DNA of 64,000 nucleotides from Candidatus Omnitrophota bacterium (GTDB lineage Bacteria; Omnitrophota; Gorgyraeia; Zapsychrales; Fredricksoniimonadaceae), in NCBI GenBank assembly GCA_013287965.1, contig JABDCU010000006.1:2216-66215 (forward strand). Direction: 5' to 3'. Below, in pieces: positions 44,896 through 54,525 of this stretch. The notes under the pieces are model-generated. The model saw only the letters and a list, made by a program, of their open reading frames with translations, was not told the origin of the DNA and did not search any database. A program made the position numbers and the translations under genes. Each line of letters begins with the position of its first letter. Position 1 is the stretch's first letter.

Positions 44896-44969
44896 GCGGG
44901 GTTCATACAGTGGTAGTATTTCAGCTTCCCAAGCTGACTGCGCGGGTTCGATTCCCGCACCCCGCTCCA
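44896..44969 (+). tRNA. tRNA-Gly (anticodon CCC), CCA encoded
   Basis: Hand-folded. Acceptor GCGGGGT/ACCCCGC, D arm ATAC/GTAT, anticodon stem TCAGC/GCTGA with loop TTCCCAA, T arm GCGGG-TTCGATT-CCCGC, discriminator T, then CCA. Confidence 0.9.
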
Positions 44970-44976
44970 TAAAATT

Positions 44977-45660
44977 ATGAAAAATTTGTTCTTTGTATCG
45001 TTGTTGATTTTTGCCACTGGTTGCGCGACCGAAGAATACAAGCCCATGCCTTCCCCGCCTGCAGAGACGGCGACAGCAGCGGCCCCTGCGGCAAAGTCGG
45101 GGGTGTACCACAAGGTCATGCGCGGCCAGACACTTTGGCAGATCGCCCAAGCGTACGGGGTGGGCATCAAGGACATTATTGACAGCAATAATATCCCTAA
45201 TGGAAGCGCCCTTGAAGTCGGTCAATTGCTCTTTATCCCGGGAGCCGCTCAGATCAAAGATCTTTCAGAGCACGTTACCGTGGACCAGAATAAAAACGCG
45301 TTCATTTGGCCGCTTAAAGGCAAGGTGGTAGCTTATTTTGATGACCCGATAGGTGTCAGTACTGTCAACCACGGTATTGATATCCAGGCCCAGGCCGGGG
45401 ACACTGTCCAGGCTGTTCGCGAAGGCGATGTGGTTTTGGCCGGTTATATGAGCGGCTACGGGCAGACGGTGATGATAGACCATAAAGACGGATTTATTTC
45501 AGTGTACGCGCGCAATGCCAGGCTTTTAGTGAAACTCGGTGACCACGTTTACAAGGGCGACACCATCGCCGAAGTCGGACAAATAGGCAGTAGGGTCGTT
45601 GAACATTTTGAAATTCGCCGTGGCAGCCAGGCGATGAATCCTTTGTATTATTTGCCATGA
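44977..45660 (+). CDS. nlpD: LysM + M23 peptidase lipoprotein (NlpD-like)
   Basis: Lipobox FATGC, LysM motif YHKVMRGQTLWQIAQAYGV, and M23 motifs HGIDI...GYGQTVMIDH. Confidence 0.8.
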   Translation: MKNLFFVSLLIFATGCATEEYKPMPSPPAETATAAAPAAKSGVYHKVMRGQTLWQIAQAYGVGIKDIIDSNNIPNGSALEVGQLLFIPGAAQIKDLSEHVTVDQNKNAFIWPLKGKVVAYFDDPIGVSTVNHGIDIQAQAGDTVQAVREGDVVLAGYMSGYGQTVMIDHKDGFISVYARNARLLVKLGDHVYKGDTIAEVGQIGSRVVEHFEIRRGSQAMNPLYYLP

Positions 45661-47297
45661 ATTTAATTGATTTCGACCATAATTTTTACGGCCGTCGCGG
45701 CGTTTTGGAAATCCTGAAAAAACGTGTGATGGGGCTCAAGGAAGGCTATCGTCAAAACGTGGCCCTCTTGGGTAACCGTTATATCGGTAAAACAGCCCTT
45801 TTGCACCGGCTGATGGCCCAGATGGAAGACCAGGATGTGTTTTTTATCTATCTGGACCTGGAGGACCGCGATTTTGATCATTTTGCCACGCAATTTACCA
45901 AAAGCCTGCTTTACAATTACCTCAAAAAAGAAAATTTGCCGCCCTTGCAGGAAGATTTAAAATTATTGTGTATCGCGGCCAAAGAACGCCTTCCCCGGAC
46001 GGTGTTTTTGGTGCAGGCGATAGCGGATTTGGCGGCCCAAGGCAAGGTCCTGGAAGCGTATCATATGATCCTGTCCTTGCCGGAAGTTTTTACCCAGGAA
46101 ACCGGCAGGTCGGTGGTCCTGATCTTTGATGAATTTGGGCATCTGGAGAATTTTAACATCCCCGAAGTCTTTGCTGAACTGGGCAAGCGCATCATGACCC
46201 AGAAAAATTGTTTGTATATTGTCGCCAGCTCAAACCCCCAGCAGAGCCAAACCATCCTTTCCGAGAAGCTGTCACTCTTGTTCGGTAATTTTGAGACCAT
46301 TAACCTGGATGTTTTTAATTTTAGCGAGGCCCAGGGATTGATCGACCACAATCTCGAGGGTATTAAGATGGGCCTGCATTTAAAGAATTTCATCGCTGAT
46401 TTTACCGGCGGGCATCCTTTGTATATCAATCTTTTATGCCAGGAATTAATTTGTTTAAGCGGTGTTTACAGCCAGCAGGAAATCTATGCCCCTATCGTCA
46501 CCCAGGCCATTGAAAATGTGATCTTTAATCCTTGGGGTGTCATCAGCCGGCATTTTGAACTGCAGATCAACACCCTGACCACCGGAAAAAGCGCGGGGCT
46601 GGCCCAACGGGTGCTGGGCGCTCTGGCCGAGGGCAAGCATAAGATCAGCGACCTGTCAGAAAGTTTGAAGTTAAAGGCAGCACAGGTAAACTCCCGCATC
46701 AACGCTTTGCAGGATTCCAATATCGTCGAGCGAAACGGGAATTATTATCATATCAAGGACAAATTGCTCAGCTACTGGATCAAGTATGTCCATAGCCGCA
46801 GGCTTCGTGTCATTGACCTTGAGATGGGGCGCTCCCGCAAGCAGTTTAAGGATGAGATCAGCCGCGCCTTGAATGATTTTGGCATGGTGGCCCGTAAAGA
46901 CCTTTGTGCCCGTGTGGCGGACCTGATGCATAAATTTGATAATGAGTCCTTTGTGCTCTGCGGCCGACGCTATAAATTGTCCACTTTTAAGGACATCAAG
47001 GTCTTGAAATTGCGGATCGGGGCCGGCAATTATTTTGACGCCATCTCCGCCGATAGCCAGGAGGGAGGGTGGCTCGTGGTCCTCAAAAAAGATCCGGTGC
47101 ATGATACTGACTTGAGCGGCATCCTTGAGGAGATCAAAAAGCTGGACCCCAAACCTTTGCGCAGTGTCATTGTTTCTTTGAGCGGCCTGGATGAGAATGC
47201 CAAGGTGCGCGCCCTTCAAGAGAAGCTGTGGATCTGGGATGAAGACCAGCTTAATTGCTTGATGCATTTATTCGATGAGCCTATAATTGTAAGATGA
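45657..47297 (+). CDS. ATP-binding protein of the archaeal-type ATPase (PF01637-like) class with winged-helix and C-terminal domain
   Basis: F.GRRGVLEIL...LLGNRYIGKTALL (Walker A), VLIFDEFGHL (Walker B), and a wHTH-like ISDLSESLKLKAAQVNSRINALQDSNIVER. Confidence 0.55.
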   Translation: MNLIDFDHNFYGRRGVLEILKKRVMGLKEGYRQNVALLGNRYIGKTALLHRLMAQMEDQDVFFIYLDLEDRDFDHFATQFTKSLLYNYLKKENLPPLQEDLKLLCIAAKERLPRTVFLVQAIADLAAQGKVLEAYHMILSLPEVFTQETGRSVVLIFDEFGHLENFNIPEVFAELGKRIMTQKNCLYIVASSNPQQSQTILSEKLSLLFGNFETINLDVFNFSEAQGLIDHNLEGIKMGLHLKNFIADFTGGHPLYINLLCQELICLSGVYSQQEIYAPIVTQAIENVIFNPWGVISRHFELQINTLTTGKSAGLAQRVLGALAEGKHKISDLSESLKLKAAQVNSRINALQDSNIVERNGNYYHIKDKLLSYWIKYVHSRRLRVIDLEMGRSRKQFKDEISRALNDFGMVARKDLCARVADLMHKFDNESFVLCGRRYKLSTFKDIKVLKLRIGAGNYFDAISADSQEGGWLVVLKKDPVHDTDLSGILEEIKKLDPKPLRSVIVSLSGLDENAKVRALQEKLWIWDEDQLNCLMHLFDEPIIVR

Positions 47298-47773
47298 TCA
47301 TCGGCGTACTTTCAGACACCCATTCCCTCAAAATTCCAAGTCCCTTGATCGAACGCTTCAAGTCCGTGGACCTGATCATCCACGCGGGCGATATTTGTGA
47401 TCTTCACACCCTGAAAATGCTTAAGAAACTGGCCCCTGTCAAGGCGGTGCAGGGCAATATGGATGAAATGGCGGTCCGGAAAGAATTACCTTTAAAGGAA
47501 ATCATCAGTCTCGGGGTTTTGAAGATCGGTGTGACGCATGGCCATATCGGTGACACCCGTGAAGCATTAAAAAACGCGCAGGCCCTCTTTAAAGATGATA
47601 AGATGGATGTCGTGATATTCGGGCATTCGCACCAGGCGCTTAACGAGCAGGTGGGGGCAACATTGTATTTTAATCCCGGCAGCCCTAATGATGTGGTCAA
47701 GGCCAGGTTCTTTTCTTACGGCCTTATCAGCGTTGAGGGGGGAAAAATAAAAGCGGAAATCATAAAATTATGA
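47294..47773 (+). CDS. YfcE/MJ0936-family metallophosphoesterase
   Basis: IIGVLSDTH, HAGD, VQGNMD, THGH, GHSH. Confidence 0.75.
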   Translation: MIIGVLSDTHSLKIPSPLIERFKSVDLIIHAGDICDLHTLKMLKKLAPVKAVQGNMDEMAVRKELPLKEIISLGVLKIGVTHGHIGDTREALKNAQALFKDDKMDVVIFGHSHQALNEQVGATLYFNPGSPNDVVKARFFSYGLISVEGGKIKAEIIKL

Positions 47774-47777
47774 CCTT

Positions 47778-47796
47778 GTCAATCCCCGGGATTGAC
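47778..47796. repeat. Perfect 19-bp palindrome GTCAATCCCCGGGATTGAC (minimal relative of the hairpin family, or operator-like dyad)
   Basis: Self-complementary around C47787. It shares the GTCA.TCCC / GGGA.TGAC ends with the other elements and ends 16 nt before ATG 47813, just 5' of the ggagg RBS. Confidence 0.7.
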
Positions 47797-47812
47797 GGAG
47801 GTTTGGAGATTT

Positions 47813-48319
47813 ATGGAAAGATTGTGGGCGCCGTGGCGGGAGAGTTATATCACCAAACTTGACGAGAAGAAAAAGTCCTGTGTCTTTTGCAGCATCCTGG
47901 CGGCCCGTAAGGATAAACAGCATCTGATCTTTATCCGAAAGCCCCATGCCTACGCGGTCTTGAACCTTTATCCGTACAGCAACGGGCATTGTTTGATCCT
48001 GCCTAATCGTCACATTGCGGATATCAGCAAATTGTCGCAAGTTGAATACGTCGGGCTCATGGAGCTTTTAAGGGAAACCAAGGACCTTTTGCAGGAAGTG
48101 TTTAAGCCTCATGGTTTTAATGTGGGGATGAATTTAGGCCGTATTGCCGGCGCAGGGATCCCCGGTCATGTGCATATTCATATTGTTCCCCGCTGGAAAG
48201 GGGACCATAATTTTATGCCGGTGACAGCCGGCACCAAGGTGATCTCTCAATCATTATCAGTCATTTACAAGAAACTTAGTGATGCGTACACGAAAAGATA
48301 TCGAGGAACTCGAAAGTAA
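47813..48319 (+). CDS. HIT-family nucleotide hydrolase/transferase
   Basis: PGHVHIHIVPR histidine triad; CVFC; start at internal ATG 47813. Confidence 0.85.
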   Translation: MERLWAPWRESYITKLDEKKKSCVFCSILAARKDKQHLIFIRKPHAYAVLNLYPYSNGHCLILPNRHIADISKLSQVEYVGLMELLRETKDLLQEVFKPHGFNVGMNLGRIAGAGIPGHVHIHIVPRWKGDHNFMPVTAGTKVISQSLSVIYKKLSDAYTKRYRGTRK

Positions 48320-49454
48320 TACCCTTGCTCCTTATGCCATGAAGTCCCAAGATGCCGGGGCCCGCCAGCATGATGAGCCCCAGCATGAATGGCGCACCTG
48401 TTTTCAGCGCGACCGCGACCGCATCGTGCATTCCGAGGCCTTCCGCAAGCTCGAATATAAGACCCAGGTCTTCGTCATCTTTGAAGGAGATTACTATCGC
48501 ACGCGGCTGACCCACACCATTGAGGTCGCGCAATTGGCCCGCACCTTGGGGCGCAACCTGCGTTTGAACGAAGATCTCATTGAGGCCATTGCCCTGGCGC
48601 ATGACCTGGGCCATCCGCCTTTCGGCCACGCCGGAGAAGAAGCGCTCAACAGCATTGTCCGCGAGGCCAAGATCCGGTTCAACCATAATTTCCGCAGTTA
48701 TGAGATCGTCGCTAAATTAGAAAAAAAATACCCCCATTTTGACGGCCTTAATTTGACCCGCGAAGTGCTGGTGGGCATCCTCAAGCACCAGACGGTCTTT
48801 GACATGCCGGGCGTTGATATCCCCCAACAATACCGTGACGAAGGCCCTACCCTGGAAGCGCAGATCGTTGACATCGCGGATTCCCTGGCGTATTTGAACC
48901 ATGATGTGGATGACGGCCTGGCTTCAGGCTGTATCGTCGAGGAAGACCTGATGGACAGCACCCTTTGGCAGAAAGCCGTGAGCAAGGTCGGCGGGCGAAG
49001 GGATGGGCAAACCCAGGACATGTTCCGCTACCAGGTGGTCAAAGAATTAATTGATATGCAGGTCAAAGACCTTTTGAACGCGACCTACAAGCGGCTGGTG
49101 GCGCTTAAATTTAAATCAGCGCAAGATGTCAAGCGTCATAAGGGTTATGTCGTGGGTTTCAGCAAATCCATGCATCAGGAGAGGGAATATTTACAGGAAT
49201 TGCTGGATGAAAAACTTTATCATCACTGGCGGGTGGAGCGCATGACAGCCAAGGCCCGTCGTATCATCCGCGACCTGTTTGATGTTTATTTAAAGAACCC
49301 CAAACAATTGCCGTATACTATTTACGCGCGGGACAAGAAATTCTCTACACCACAAAAATATGCTATTATCTGTAATTATATCGCTTCCATGACGGACCGT
49401 TTTGCCATGGATGAACATAAACAACTTTTTGGGTTTGACGGCCATGGCGCGTAA
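48279..49454 (+). CDS. dgt: dGTPase-like deoxynucleoside triphosphate triphosphohydrolase (HD domain)
   Basis: FQRDRDRI.HS.AFR.L..KTQVF, RTRLTHTIEVAQ, AHDLGHPPFGH. Confidence 0.85.
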   Translation: MMRTRKDIEELESNTLAPYAMKSQDAGARQHDEPQHEWRTCFQRDRDRIVHSEAFRKLEYKTQVFVIFEGDYYRTRLTHTIEVAQLARTLGRNLRLNEDLIEAIALAHDLGHPPFGHAGEEALNSIVREAKIRFNHNFRSYEIVAKLEKKYPHFDGLNLTREVLVGILKHQTVFDMPGVDIPQQYRDEGPTLEAQIVDIADSLAYLNHDVDDGLASGCIVEEDLMDSTLWQKAVSKVGGRRDGQTQDMFRYQVVKELIDMQVKDLLNATYKRLVALKFKSAQDVKRHKGYVVGFSKSMHQEREYLQELLDEKLYHHWRVERMTAKARRIIRDLFDVYLKNPKQLPYTIYARDKKFSTPQKYAIICNYIASMTDRFAMDEHKQLFGFDGHGA

Positions 49455-50514
49455 TCCTATTTCTTCCAACAAGCGTTACCAGCTGGTCCTCTCGGCGGTG
49501 CACATGGTTTACCGCCTGGTCAATTCCACGTATACCGTCAAAGAATTGACCCTGCGCCTGACCCGTTTATTGTGCCAATTCATCCGGGCCTCCTCGGCAA
49601 GTGTTTATTTGGTGCACCCGGGCAAAAAGAACGTGATCATTTGTGCCAGTTTTGATAACCAGATCAATATTTGGCGGGACAAGCCCCAAGAATTAAAGGA
49701 TGTGGGGGAAGATGTCCTGAGTGTCACCCGCGGGGCGTCGGTCTTAAAAGATAATTGCATCGGCCTTCCTTTGGTCGCTGATGATTACCTGGGCGCCATC
49801 TTTGTCCAACGGACAGGGGTTTCAGAAGGGCCTTTTAATGATTTTGATTACGAGATGCTTTCGGTTTTTGCCGAGCAGGTGGTCACTGCCTTAAAGAATT
49901 TACAATTGCACCAGGAGCATGAGAAGATCATCCTGGGCTCCATTGCCTCCATCGGTAATCTGCTTAAGAAACAAGCGCTTTCAGGATTGACCCACGCGCC
50001 GGTGTATATGGAGATCGTTAAGATGCTGGGGGTGGCCTTGAAGGTCAACAGCGACGGTCTTAAGCAGTTGGAATACGCCAGCCTGCTTCATGATATCGGT
50101 ATCATCGACGTGCCATATGATATTTTGTCCAAGCAAGGCAAGTTGTCTCCCCAGGAATTTGAACTCATCCGTCAGCACACCGCGCACAGTGTCGCTTTGA
50201 TATCTCCCGTCGAGTATCTTAAGCCCGTGCTTCCCATCATCCTGCATCATCATGAAAAATACGACGGGAGCGGTTACCCGTCGGGGCTGAAAAAAGAGCA
50301 GATCCCTCTGGGTGCCCGTGTGCTTTCGGTGGCGGATGCTTTTGAAGCCATGGTGCAGAGCAGGCCCTATCGCTCGTCGCTGTCAGTTAACGCGGCGCTG
50401 GATGAACTGGTCAAACACAGCGGCTCGCAGTTCGACCCTAAAATCGTCGACGCCTTCGTAAAACTGACTTCACAAAAAAAATTCAGAAAACTCTTGTCTT
50501 CGCTTAAGACCTAG
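49444..50514 (+). CDS. GAF-like sensor + HD-GYP domain protein (c-di-GMP phosphodiesterase type)
   Basis: LLHDIG, HHHEKYDGSGYPSGL, ADAFEAM. Start uncertain (49402 or 49444). Confidence 0.8.
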   Translation: MARNPISSNKRYQLVLSAVHMVYRLVNSTYTVKELTLRLTRLLCQFIRASSASVYLVHPGKKNVIICASFDNQINIWRDKPQELKDVGEDVLSVTRGASVLKDNCIGLPLVADDYLGAIFVQRTGVSEGPFNDFDYEMLSVFAEQVVTALKNLQLHQEHEKIILGSIASIGNLLKKQALSGLTHAPVYMEIVKMLGVALKVNSDGLKQLEYASLLHDIGIIDVPYDILSKQGKLSPQEFELIRQHTAHSVALISPVEYLKPVLPIILHHHEKYDGSGYPSGLKKEQIPLGARVLSVADAFEAMVQSRPYRSSLSVNAALDELVKHSGSQFDPKIVDAFVKLTSQKKFRKLLSSLKT

Positions 50515-50606
50515 AACTATAATGGCTTACATTGCACGTAGGGGGCAGGTATCATGGCTGTCTTTACCTATTACTGATAACCTTTATATTTTTAATGGAC
50601 TTATAA

Positions 50607-51161
50607 ATGAATATTAATTACAAGCAGCCCCAGTTCGAACTTTTTCCCGCTAATTCAGCCACCCTGGAGGACATCAACAAGCCCAAGTTCCTTTTGGCCA
50701 ATTTGACCCTCTCTGTAGAAAACCTTGTCATTTTTGCGATTTTGGCTATAATGGTTGCGCTTTTTTCATTTTCTTTGGGAGTGGAGCAGGGCAAGCATAT
50801 AGCGGCCCAGGCATTGGATGAACGGGTTTCCGCGGCCTGGAATGTCGGTGCCCGCACAATTGCCCAGCCCGCGGCCGCGGCTATTTCAACAGCGAGGATG
50901 CTGCCGGAACAAAGACCGATTTTTAACCATGGTTTTATGCCGGCCGCGCGCTACACGCTGCAGGCTGCCACCTATGGGAATGAAGAGTATGCCCGCCAGG
51001 ACGCATTGCGCCTGAAGGCTAAAGGTTTCGCAAGTTTTTTAATCAAAAACGGGAAATACTGGCTGGTATGTGTTGGTAATTATACCAATAAAGAAAGTGC
51101 CGCGGCACTTTTGCGGAAATTACCAGGCGAGTACCGTTCAAGTCAAGTAAGGAGATTTTGA
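50607..51161 (+). CDS. SPOR-domain membrane protein
   Basis: TM helix plus C-terminal YTLQAATYGNEEYARQDALRLKAKGFASFLIKNGKYWLVCVGNY. Confidence 0.7.
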   Translation: MNINYKQPQFELFPANSATLEDINKPKFLLANLTLSVENLVIFAILAIMVALFSFSLGVEQGKHIAAQALDERVSAAWNVGARTIAQPAAAAISTARMLPEQRPIFNHGFMPAARYTLQAATYGNEEYARQDALRLKAKGFASFLIKNGKYWLVCVGNYTNKESAAALLRKLPGEYRSSQVRRF

Positions 51162-51451
51162 TGTCACTGCATTCCTCATTAAAGATTGATAGGGCCAGCG
51201 GTACGCAACGGACCGTGCAGACGCGCATTGAGCGTATCAAAGAGTTGATGAAAAAAGGTCTTTGGAAAGAAGAGACAGGTGTTGTTGGCCTTCCTAAAAC
51301 CAAGATCGTTCGCATTAAGGCCAAGAAGAAAGCCAAGGCCGAAGAAGGTGACGCTGCCGCTCCCGCCGCGGGTGGTACAGGTGCTGCAGGCAAGCCTGCA
51401 GAGGCCGCCAAAACTGCTGCTAAACCAGCCGCAGGCGCCGCCAAAAAATAA
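51158..51451 (+). CDS. Small basic protein (TIGR04137-like, as in PVC-group bacteria) with A/K/P-rich tail
   Basis: MSLHSSLKIDRASGTQRTVQTRIERIKELMKKGLWKEETGVVGLPKTKIVRIKAKKK. Confidence 0.55.
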   Translation: MMSLHSSLKIDRASGTQRTVQTRIERIKELMKKGLWKEETGVVGLPKTKIVRIKAKKKAKAEEGDAAAPAAGGTGAAGKPAEAAKTAAKPAAGAAKK

Positions 51452-52252
51452 ATGATAAAACAAATCATTTTTTGCTCATCGGTATTCCTGGTATTCGCGT
51501 TCACTGCGCCAGGACATGCCGATGAGCATTTTCCTTTTTTGGCGCAAGTTATCAAAGAGTCCGTCAATGTCCGCGCGGGCCCGAACACCAATTTTGAAAA
51601 GATCGACAAGCTCAGCAAGGGTGCCCAGGTGGTTGTTTTAGGCCGGTCTTATGAATGGTATAAGGTCCAGCCACGAGCGACGACAAAAGCCTATATCCGG
51701 TCTGATTACCTGAAGGTAAAGGAAGGGGAAGACGTCGGTGTTGTCTGGGGCGATAATGTCAATATCCGTTGCTCAGCGAATAGTAACGCGGCCTCTTTAG
51801 GGGAAGTTAAAAAAGGCACCCCCGTCAGGATCTTAGGGCAGACCAATGGCTGGTCCCGTCTGGCACCGGTGGCAGGGACAGCGGCCTGGATCCATCAGGA
51901 TTTTTTAAAAGAAATATCAGCGGATGTGCCGGATTCTTTGTTGATACCAACGGTCATGGGGCCGTCGATGCCTGTTACTGAGAAACCGGCGGCAGTTCCC
52001 CCAGTCTCTGTCGGGGTCAGCCCGTGGGTCACCATGCAGGGGACAGTGGAAGCCCTGGTCCAGTCCCCGCGAGCGGACGTGCATTATGAAATTGTTTTAG
52101 GTGACAAATCGGTTTTCTTTCTGCAGGACATCCCGAAGGTAGCATTCTTTTGTAATACGGTCGTTGATCTTGAGGGGGCCATTGTCCCGGACCCTCAGAA
52201 AAAATTGATGTATCCGCTGCTGCATATCAATAAAATATCCCTGGTCCTTTAA
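51452..52252 (+). CDS. Secreted protein with two bacterial SH3-like domains
   Basis: Signal peptide. VNVRAGPNTNFEKIDKLSKGAQVVVLGRSYEWYKV and a second VNIRCSANSNAASLGEVKKGTPVRILGQTNGWSRL. Confidence 0.65.
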   Translation: MIKQIIFCSSVFLVFAFTAPGHADEHFPFLAQVIKESVNVRAGPNTNFEKIDKLSKGAQVVVLGRSYEWYKVQPRATTKAYIRSDYLKVKEGEDVGVVWGDNVNIRCSANSNAASLGEVKKGTPVRILGQTNGWSRLAPVAGTAAWIHQDFLKEISADVPDSLLIPTVMGPSMPVTEKPAAVPPVSVGVSPWVTMQGTVEALVQSPRADVHYEIVLGDKSVFFLQDIPKVAFFCNTVVDLEGAIVPDPQKKLMYPLLHINKISLVL

Positions 52253-52253
52253 T

Positions 52254-52874
52254 ATGTTAGATGTAGTCCTGTTAATACTCATTATCGTCGTCCCTGCCAT
52301 TGTCTTGCATGAAGTGGCACACGGCTTAAGCGCGTATTGGCTGGGCGACCCCACGGCCAAAATCCAGGGGCGCCTCACCTTAAATCCCATTAAACACATA
52401 GACCCCGTAGGCAGCATCCTTGTTCCCGGCGGTCTTTTTTTGGCGCATTATTTTTTGCATACGCCTTTGATGCTTTTTGGCTGGGCCAAGCCGGTGCCGG
52501 TCAATTTCAGGAATCTCCGTCCCCAGCGATTGGGCATGGCCCTGGTGGCTATTGCGGGACCTTTGACCAATATTGCTTTGGCTTTTATTTTTTCCAAACT
52601 TTATGTATGGCCGGCATTGTCCGGGTTTTCCCATATTTGCGCCTGGGGAGTACTGCTCAATTTGACCCTGGCGGTCTTTAATATGACGCCCATACCTCCT
52701 TTGGACGGCTCACGGGTGGTCACCAGCCTTTTGCCGACAAAATTGGCATATTATTACAGCCGCCTGGAACCTTTTGGTATAATCATCGTGATCGTGCTTT
52801 TAAATTTTGGCATGCTGGGTTTTCTATCTCCATTGATCGAGCAAGTGGGTCAATGGATCGGAGTGCAGTTATGA
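52254..52874 (+). CDS. Site-2 protease family (M50) membrane metalloprotease
   Basis: HEVAHGLSAYWLGDPTAK, multiple TM segments, NL.LAVFN..PIPPLDGS. Confidence 0.75.
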   Translation: MLDVVLLILIIVVPAIVLHEVAHGLSAYWLGDPTAKIQGRLTLNPIKHIDPVGSILVPGGLFLAHYFLHTPLMLFGWAKPVPVNFRNLRPQRLGMALVAIAGPLTNIALAFIFSKLYVWPALSGFSHICAWGVLLNLTLAVFNMTPIPPLDGSRVVTSLLPTKLAYYYSRLEPFGIIIVIVLLNFGMLGFLSPLIEQVGQWIGVQL

Positions 52875-53932
52875 TCCCTTACGCCATTACGATTGGCCAT
52901 GGTATTTTAGGAAAATTTCCCCGGTCCATCCGAAGTTTAGGTTTGGGCAAGGACGCTGTTATTATTTCACATCCTTTTATCCAGCGCCTATACGGGGCAC
53001 CATTGTCCGCTGCCCTTAAAAAAGCAGGGTATACGGTCAAGGCCGTTAATGTTCCCGAGGGTGAAAAGAGCAAAAGCGCCTCCTATGCTTTGCGTTTGAT
53101 CAAGCAGATCAGTACTTATGATGTGGATCGTAAGATATTCATCATCGCTTTAGGGGGTGGCGTCGTCGGTGATCTGGCTGGATTTGTGGCGGCCATCTAC
53201 AAACGCGGAGTGCCCTATATCCAGGTGCCTACGACCCTATTGGCCCAGATCGATTCTTCCATCGGCGGCAAGACCGCGATCGACCTGGAAACCGGCAAGA
53301 ACATGGTCGGTGCTTTTTATCAGCCCAGCCTGGTATTTACGGACACCAAACTGCTTAAGACCCTTAAGCCGCGCCAGGTCCGCAACGGCCTGGCTGAGGC
53401 GATCAAATACGGGATCATTGGTGACGCGAAGCTTTTTTCTTATATCGAGGCCAATCATCAGAAATTCTTTAAAGGTGAGGTCAAGGCCCTGAATTTTATT
53501 GTCCGGCGCTGTGCGGCTATCAAGGCCCGGATCGTTGCAGCGGATGAAAAAGAAACCAAGGGCTTGCGCACGGTCCTTAATTTCGGACATACCGTGGGCC
53601 ACGCCGTGGAAGCAGCCGGCCGGTATGACCAGTATCATCATGGTGAAGCCGTGGGTTTAGGGATGCGTGTGGCATCCCGTATTTCCGTGAGCATGGGGCT
53701 TTTATCAGTTAAGGAAGAGGAGCGCGTCAATAGATTGATCTCCAGCGTCGGCCTGCCGGAGAGGATCGTTGGTGTCCGTTTAGCTAAAATTTTGGATTTG
53801 ATGCGCCATGATAAGAAGTTTACTGCAGGACATAACCGTTTTGTGCTTACCCCTAAGATCGGCCGGGTCAAGGTGGTCCGTGACATTCCTGCCGCTATCA
53901 TCACTGAAGCTATCCAAAATTATTTGTCTTAA
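52871..53932 (+). CDS. aroB: 3-dehydroquinate synthase
   Basis: ALGGGVVGDLAGFVAA.Y.RG...IQVPTTLLAQ.DSSIGGKT and LNFGHT.GHA.E. Confidence 0.9.
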   Translation: MIPYAITIGHGILGKFPRSIRSLGLGKDAVIISHPFIQRLYGAPLSAALKKAGYTVKAVNVPEGEKSKSASYALRLIKQISTYDVDRKIFIIALGGGVVGDLAGFVAAIYKRGVPYIQVPTTLLAQIDSSIGGKTAIDLETGKNMVGAFYQPSLVFTDTKLLKTLKPRQVRNGLAEAIKYGIIGDAKLFSYIEANHQKFFKGEVKALNFIVRRCAAIKARIVAADEKETKGLRTVLNFGHTVGHAVEAAGRYDQYHHGEAVGLGMRVASRISVSMGLLSVKEEERVNRLISSVGLPERIVGVRLAKILDLMRHDKKFTAGHNRFVLTPKIGRVKVVRDIPAAIITEAIQNYLS

Positions 53933-54525
53933 TTCTTTACCCGGATCGTTTCTTCCCTGCCGTTATTGGTGATCGTGATGGAGTTTAGATCGATCTTGAT
54001 GATCTTGACACCGTCAACATCATCACCTTCCTGGTAGATCTGGTCATCGATCAAAACAACGTTACCCTTGGTATTGGACATGATCCCGTGGATATTCAGC
54101 GTGGCCGGTCTGGGCACGGCAGCCGGGACCGTCGCTGGTTTAGGCGGACTCACCAGCTTAGGCGGGTTGACGGGTTTAGGAGGGCTGATGGGCTTAGGCG
54201 GTCTAACTGTAATTTGGGCCAAAGGCACCAGGTCTTCAGGGCGTCTGGTCTTAAAATCAGGCAGTTCTTCTTTATGGATCAATTTATAAAACGATGAGGT
54301 GGCAAATTTTTTGATCTTTGGAAGATAGGGATACAATGGCGCGGAGAAGGACCCAAAATACCATAAGACCGCAGTGGCACAAAGAAGCGCAAGCAGGGGC
54401 TTGACCTTGCTTTTCCTGGGCGGTAAAACTTCGACTTCAGGAGGAGCGTCCTCATAAAGCCTTTCATCAGTTTTAGGGGAAGACCCTTGCTGGACTTTTT
54501 TAAGGGCGTCGTGAATGATGCTCAT
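53929..54525 (-). CDS. GspB/ExeB-like type II secretion accessory protein (P-rich linker)
   Basis: Start MSIIHDALKK, a TM segment, a PPKP repeat linker, and C-terminal VVLIDDQIYQEGDDVDGVKIIKI. Directly downstream of the exeA-like gene. Confidence 0.5.
   Translation of the reverse strand: MSIIHDALKKVQQGSSPKTDERLYEDAPPEVEVLPPRKSKVKPLLALLCATAVLWYFGSFSAPLYPYLPKIKKFATSSFYKLIHKEELPDFKTRRPEDLVPLAQITVRPPKPISPPKPVNPPKLVSPPKPATVPAAVPRPATLNIHGIMSNTKGNVVLIDDQIYQEGDDVDGVKIIKIDLNSITITNNGREETIRVKN

Noticed and set aside
44686-45225. 179-aa and 110-aa minus-strand ORFs spanning the thiE end, tRNA-Gly and the nlpD start.
   Set aside because: They overlap a well-folded tRNA and two supported plus-strand genes. 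They have no motifs.
45657-50514. ATPase - phosphoesterase - HIT - dGTPase - HD-GYP run considered as a nucleotide-depletion defence island.
   Set aside because: Every member looks like a common housekeeping family of normal size. There are no nuclease, TIR, sirtuin or other effector hallmarks and no mobile-element context. The adjacency is explained by the tight operonic packing seen across the whole window.
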